Shown piece after piece: positions 62,017-64,000 of a stretch of 64,000 nucleotides of DNA; position 1 is the stretch's first letter, and every line of letters starts with the position of its first letter. The translations under genes were made by a program, and so were the position numbers. The DNA is taken from NCBI GenBank assembly GCA_963792965.1, contig CAWBYW010000013.1, positions 1 to 64,000 on the forward strand, read 5' to 3'. This DNA is from an uncultured delta proteobacterium. Its GTDB lineage: Bacteria > Desulfobacterota > Zymogenia > Zymogenales > Zymogenaceae. A model generated the notes under the pieces. It had not been told where the DNA came from and did not search any database. It saw nothing but the letters and a program-made list of their open reading frames with translations.

Positions 62017-64000
62017 ATGGCCAACAGGCTCTCCCGCGAAAAGAGCCCGTACCTCCTGGAACACGCCGAGAACCCGGTTGACTGGTTCCCCTGGGGAGAC
62101 GAGGCGCTCAACAAAGCTAAGATTGAAGACAAGCCGGTCTTCCTGTCGGTCGGTTACTCCTCCTGCCACTGGTGCCACGTGATGGCCCGGGAATCGTTCG
62201 AGGACCGGGAGGTGGCCAACCTCTTGAGCGAGCACTTCGTTTCGGTAAAGGTCGACCGCGAGGAGAGACCGGACATCGACGCGTTCTATATGGCCGCGTG
62301 TCAGGCGCTGACCGGGAGCGGCGGATGGCCCCTCTCCGTCTTCCTGAGGCCGGACGGCACGCCGTTCTTTGCCGGCACCTATTTCCCGAAGGATCCTCGC
62401 CACGGGATGCTCGGATTTGTCGAGGTCCTCACGGCGATTGCCCGGCTCTGGAGTGGCGATCGGGCGCACATAGACGCGGCCGGGCAAGAGGTGGCCCGGA
62501 TCCTCCAGCAACGTGAGGCGAGGGGGGAGGCCTCTCCGCTCGGCCCCGAAGCGCTGGATAGAGCATTCTTTTCGCTTCGGGACGTGTTCGACGAGCGATA
62601 TGGGGGGTTCGGGGGGGCGCCGAAGTTCCCGACGCCGCACCGGCTCTCGTTTCTCCTCTCCTATCATCGGGCGACAGGGAACGCACGCGCCCTCGATATG
62701 GTCACCCGGACCCTCGAACAGATGCGGTACGGCGGCATCTTTGACCAGATCGGGCTCGGCTTTCATCGCTACGCCGTCGACGAGCGGTGGCGCGTCCCCC
62801 ACTTCGAGAAGATGCTCGCGGACCAGGCGACGGCCGCAATGGCGTATATCGAAGCCTTTCAGGTGACACGGGACCCGTTTCATGAACGGGTCGCGCGGGA
62901 AATCTTTGCCTATGTGCTCGGAGATATGACCTCCCATGATGGGGGCTTCTTCACCGCCGAGGACGCCGACAGCGAAGGCCGGGAGGGCGCGTTCTATCTT
63001 TGGAGAAAAGACGAGTTCGAAAAGAGTCTTACGCCGGACGAGGCCGCGCGGGCGGCACGTTACTTCGGCATCAAGGCGGAAGGGAACATCATCGGGGCCG
63101 ATTTTGAGGAGGGGATGAATATCCCCTACGTCCCGGTTTCCCCTGACCAGTTCGCCGCTCTCGAGAAAATAAGCCCGGACGCGCTGGCGAGGGCGATCGA
63201 GAAGGCCCGCGTGAGGCTCCGTGCGGCGCGGGCGCGACGGAAACATCCCCTCCGGGACGACAAGGTTATCACCGCGCTCAACGGCCTCATGATAGCGGCG
63301 CTCGCAAAGGGGTATGGGGCCCTCGGCGATCGGACCTACCTCCGTGCGGCGACGGCCGCGGCGGACTTCGTGCTGGGTCGACTTGTTGATGAGAAAGGGC
63401 GATTGCTGCGCCGGTACCGGGACGGTGAGGCGGCGATAGGCGGCTTTTTGGACGACTACGCCTTCTTCGTCTGGGGCCTCATCGAGCTCTACGAAGCGGG
63501 ATTCGAGATCCGGTATTTGGAGGAAGCCGTCCGTCTGACGGCCGTGATGCTCGCCCTCTTCCGGGACAAAGAGACAGGGGGCCTGTTTGACTCGGGAGAC
63601 GAGGAGGGCGGGCTCATCGCCCGGATGAAAGAGGCGCGTGACAGTGCCGTACCTTCGGGCAACTCAGTAGCGGCACTAAACCTTATTCGCCTGTCCCGCA
63701 TGACGGGCAATGTCGAGCTTGCCGACGAGGCCGACCGAATTATGGCCGCCTTCTCCCCGTCCGTCCTGGCCGAGCCTTTGGCCCATATTCAGCTTTTGTG
63801 TGTCCTCGATGCGATGCGTGGCCCCTCTCAAGAGATCGTCATCGTCGGAGATGCGCATGACGCCTCCACCCAAGAGATGATCCGAGCGGCCCAGAGCTTT
63901 TTTCTCCCGAACAAGAGCCTCATCTTCGTGCCGCACGCCGACGATGCCGGGCGGCAAAGGATCGCGGAGATCGCCCCGTTTGTGCGTGAGATGCGGATGT
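62017..64000 (+). CDS. Thioredoxin-domain protein, YyaL/SPATA20 family (runs off the window end)
   Basis: Manual translation gives [46 protein letters not shown] and RDDKV. Confidence 0.92.
   Translation, partial: MANRLSREKSPYLLEHAENPVDWFPWGDEALNKAKIEDKPVFLSVGYSSCHWCHVMARESFEDREVANLLSEHFVSVKVDREERPDIDAFYMAACQALTGSGGWPLSVFLRPDGTPFFAGTYFPKDPRHGMLGFVEVLTAIARLWSGDRAHIDAAGQEVARILQQREARGEASPLGPEALDRAFFSLRDVFDERYGGFGGAPKFPTPHRLSFLLSYHRATGNARALDMVTRTLEQMRYGGIFDQIGLGFHRYAVDERWRVPHFEKMLADQATAAMAYIEAFQVTRDPFHERVAREIFAYVLGDMTSHDGGFFTAEDADSEGREGAFYLWRKDEFEKSLTPDEAARAARYFGIKAEGNIIGADFEEGMNIPYVPVSPDQFAALEKISPDALARAIEKARVRLRAARARRKHPLRDDKVITALNGLMIAALAKGYGALGDRTYLRAATAAADFVLGRLVDEKGRLLRRYRDGEAAIGGFLDDYAFFVWGLIELYEAGFEIRYLEEAVRLTAVMLALFRDKETGGLFDSGDEEGGLIARMKEARDSAVPSGNSVAALNLIRLSRMTGNVELADEADRIMAAFSPSVLAEPLAHIQLLCVLDAMRGPSQEIVIVGDAHDASTQEMIRAAQSFFLPNKSLIFVPHADDAGRQRIAEIAPFVREMRM

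Overview
GC-rich bacterial chromosomal window, most consistent with an anaerobic Desulfobacterota/Deltaproteobacteria-like genome (inferred from the pilB-pilT-pilC-pilS order, RRM protein, NrpR, glycyl radical enzyme and 2-oxoacid:ferredoxin oxidoreductase). It carries about 50 mostly metabolic or housekeeping genes. I saw no rRNA, tRNA, CRISPR array, integrase or transposase. About a dozen genes carry frameshifts, which points to indel errors in the assembly. The most notable signals are: (1) an AT-rich class III nucleotide-cyclase-like gene with one in-frame TAA, bracketed by an inverted pair of CGTC-type REP repeats; (2) a multi-stem 5' leader upstream of a gamma carbonic anhydrase, a candidate riboswitch; (3) a divergent NrpR / FMN glutamate synthase-like pair with a repeated GGCA-N4/6-TGCC operator; (4) an orphan glycyl radical enzyme preceded by a possible activase remnant; (5) a structured leader upstream of the RRM gene; (6) a Bacillus-type FadR box; and (7) two uncharacterised catabolic or redox operons. 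All calls come from reading the sequence; no searches were run.
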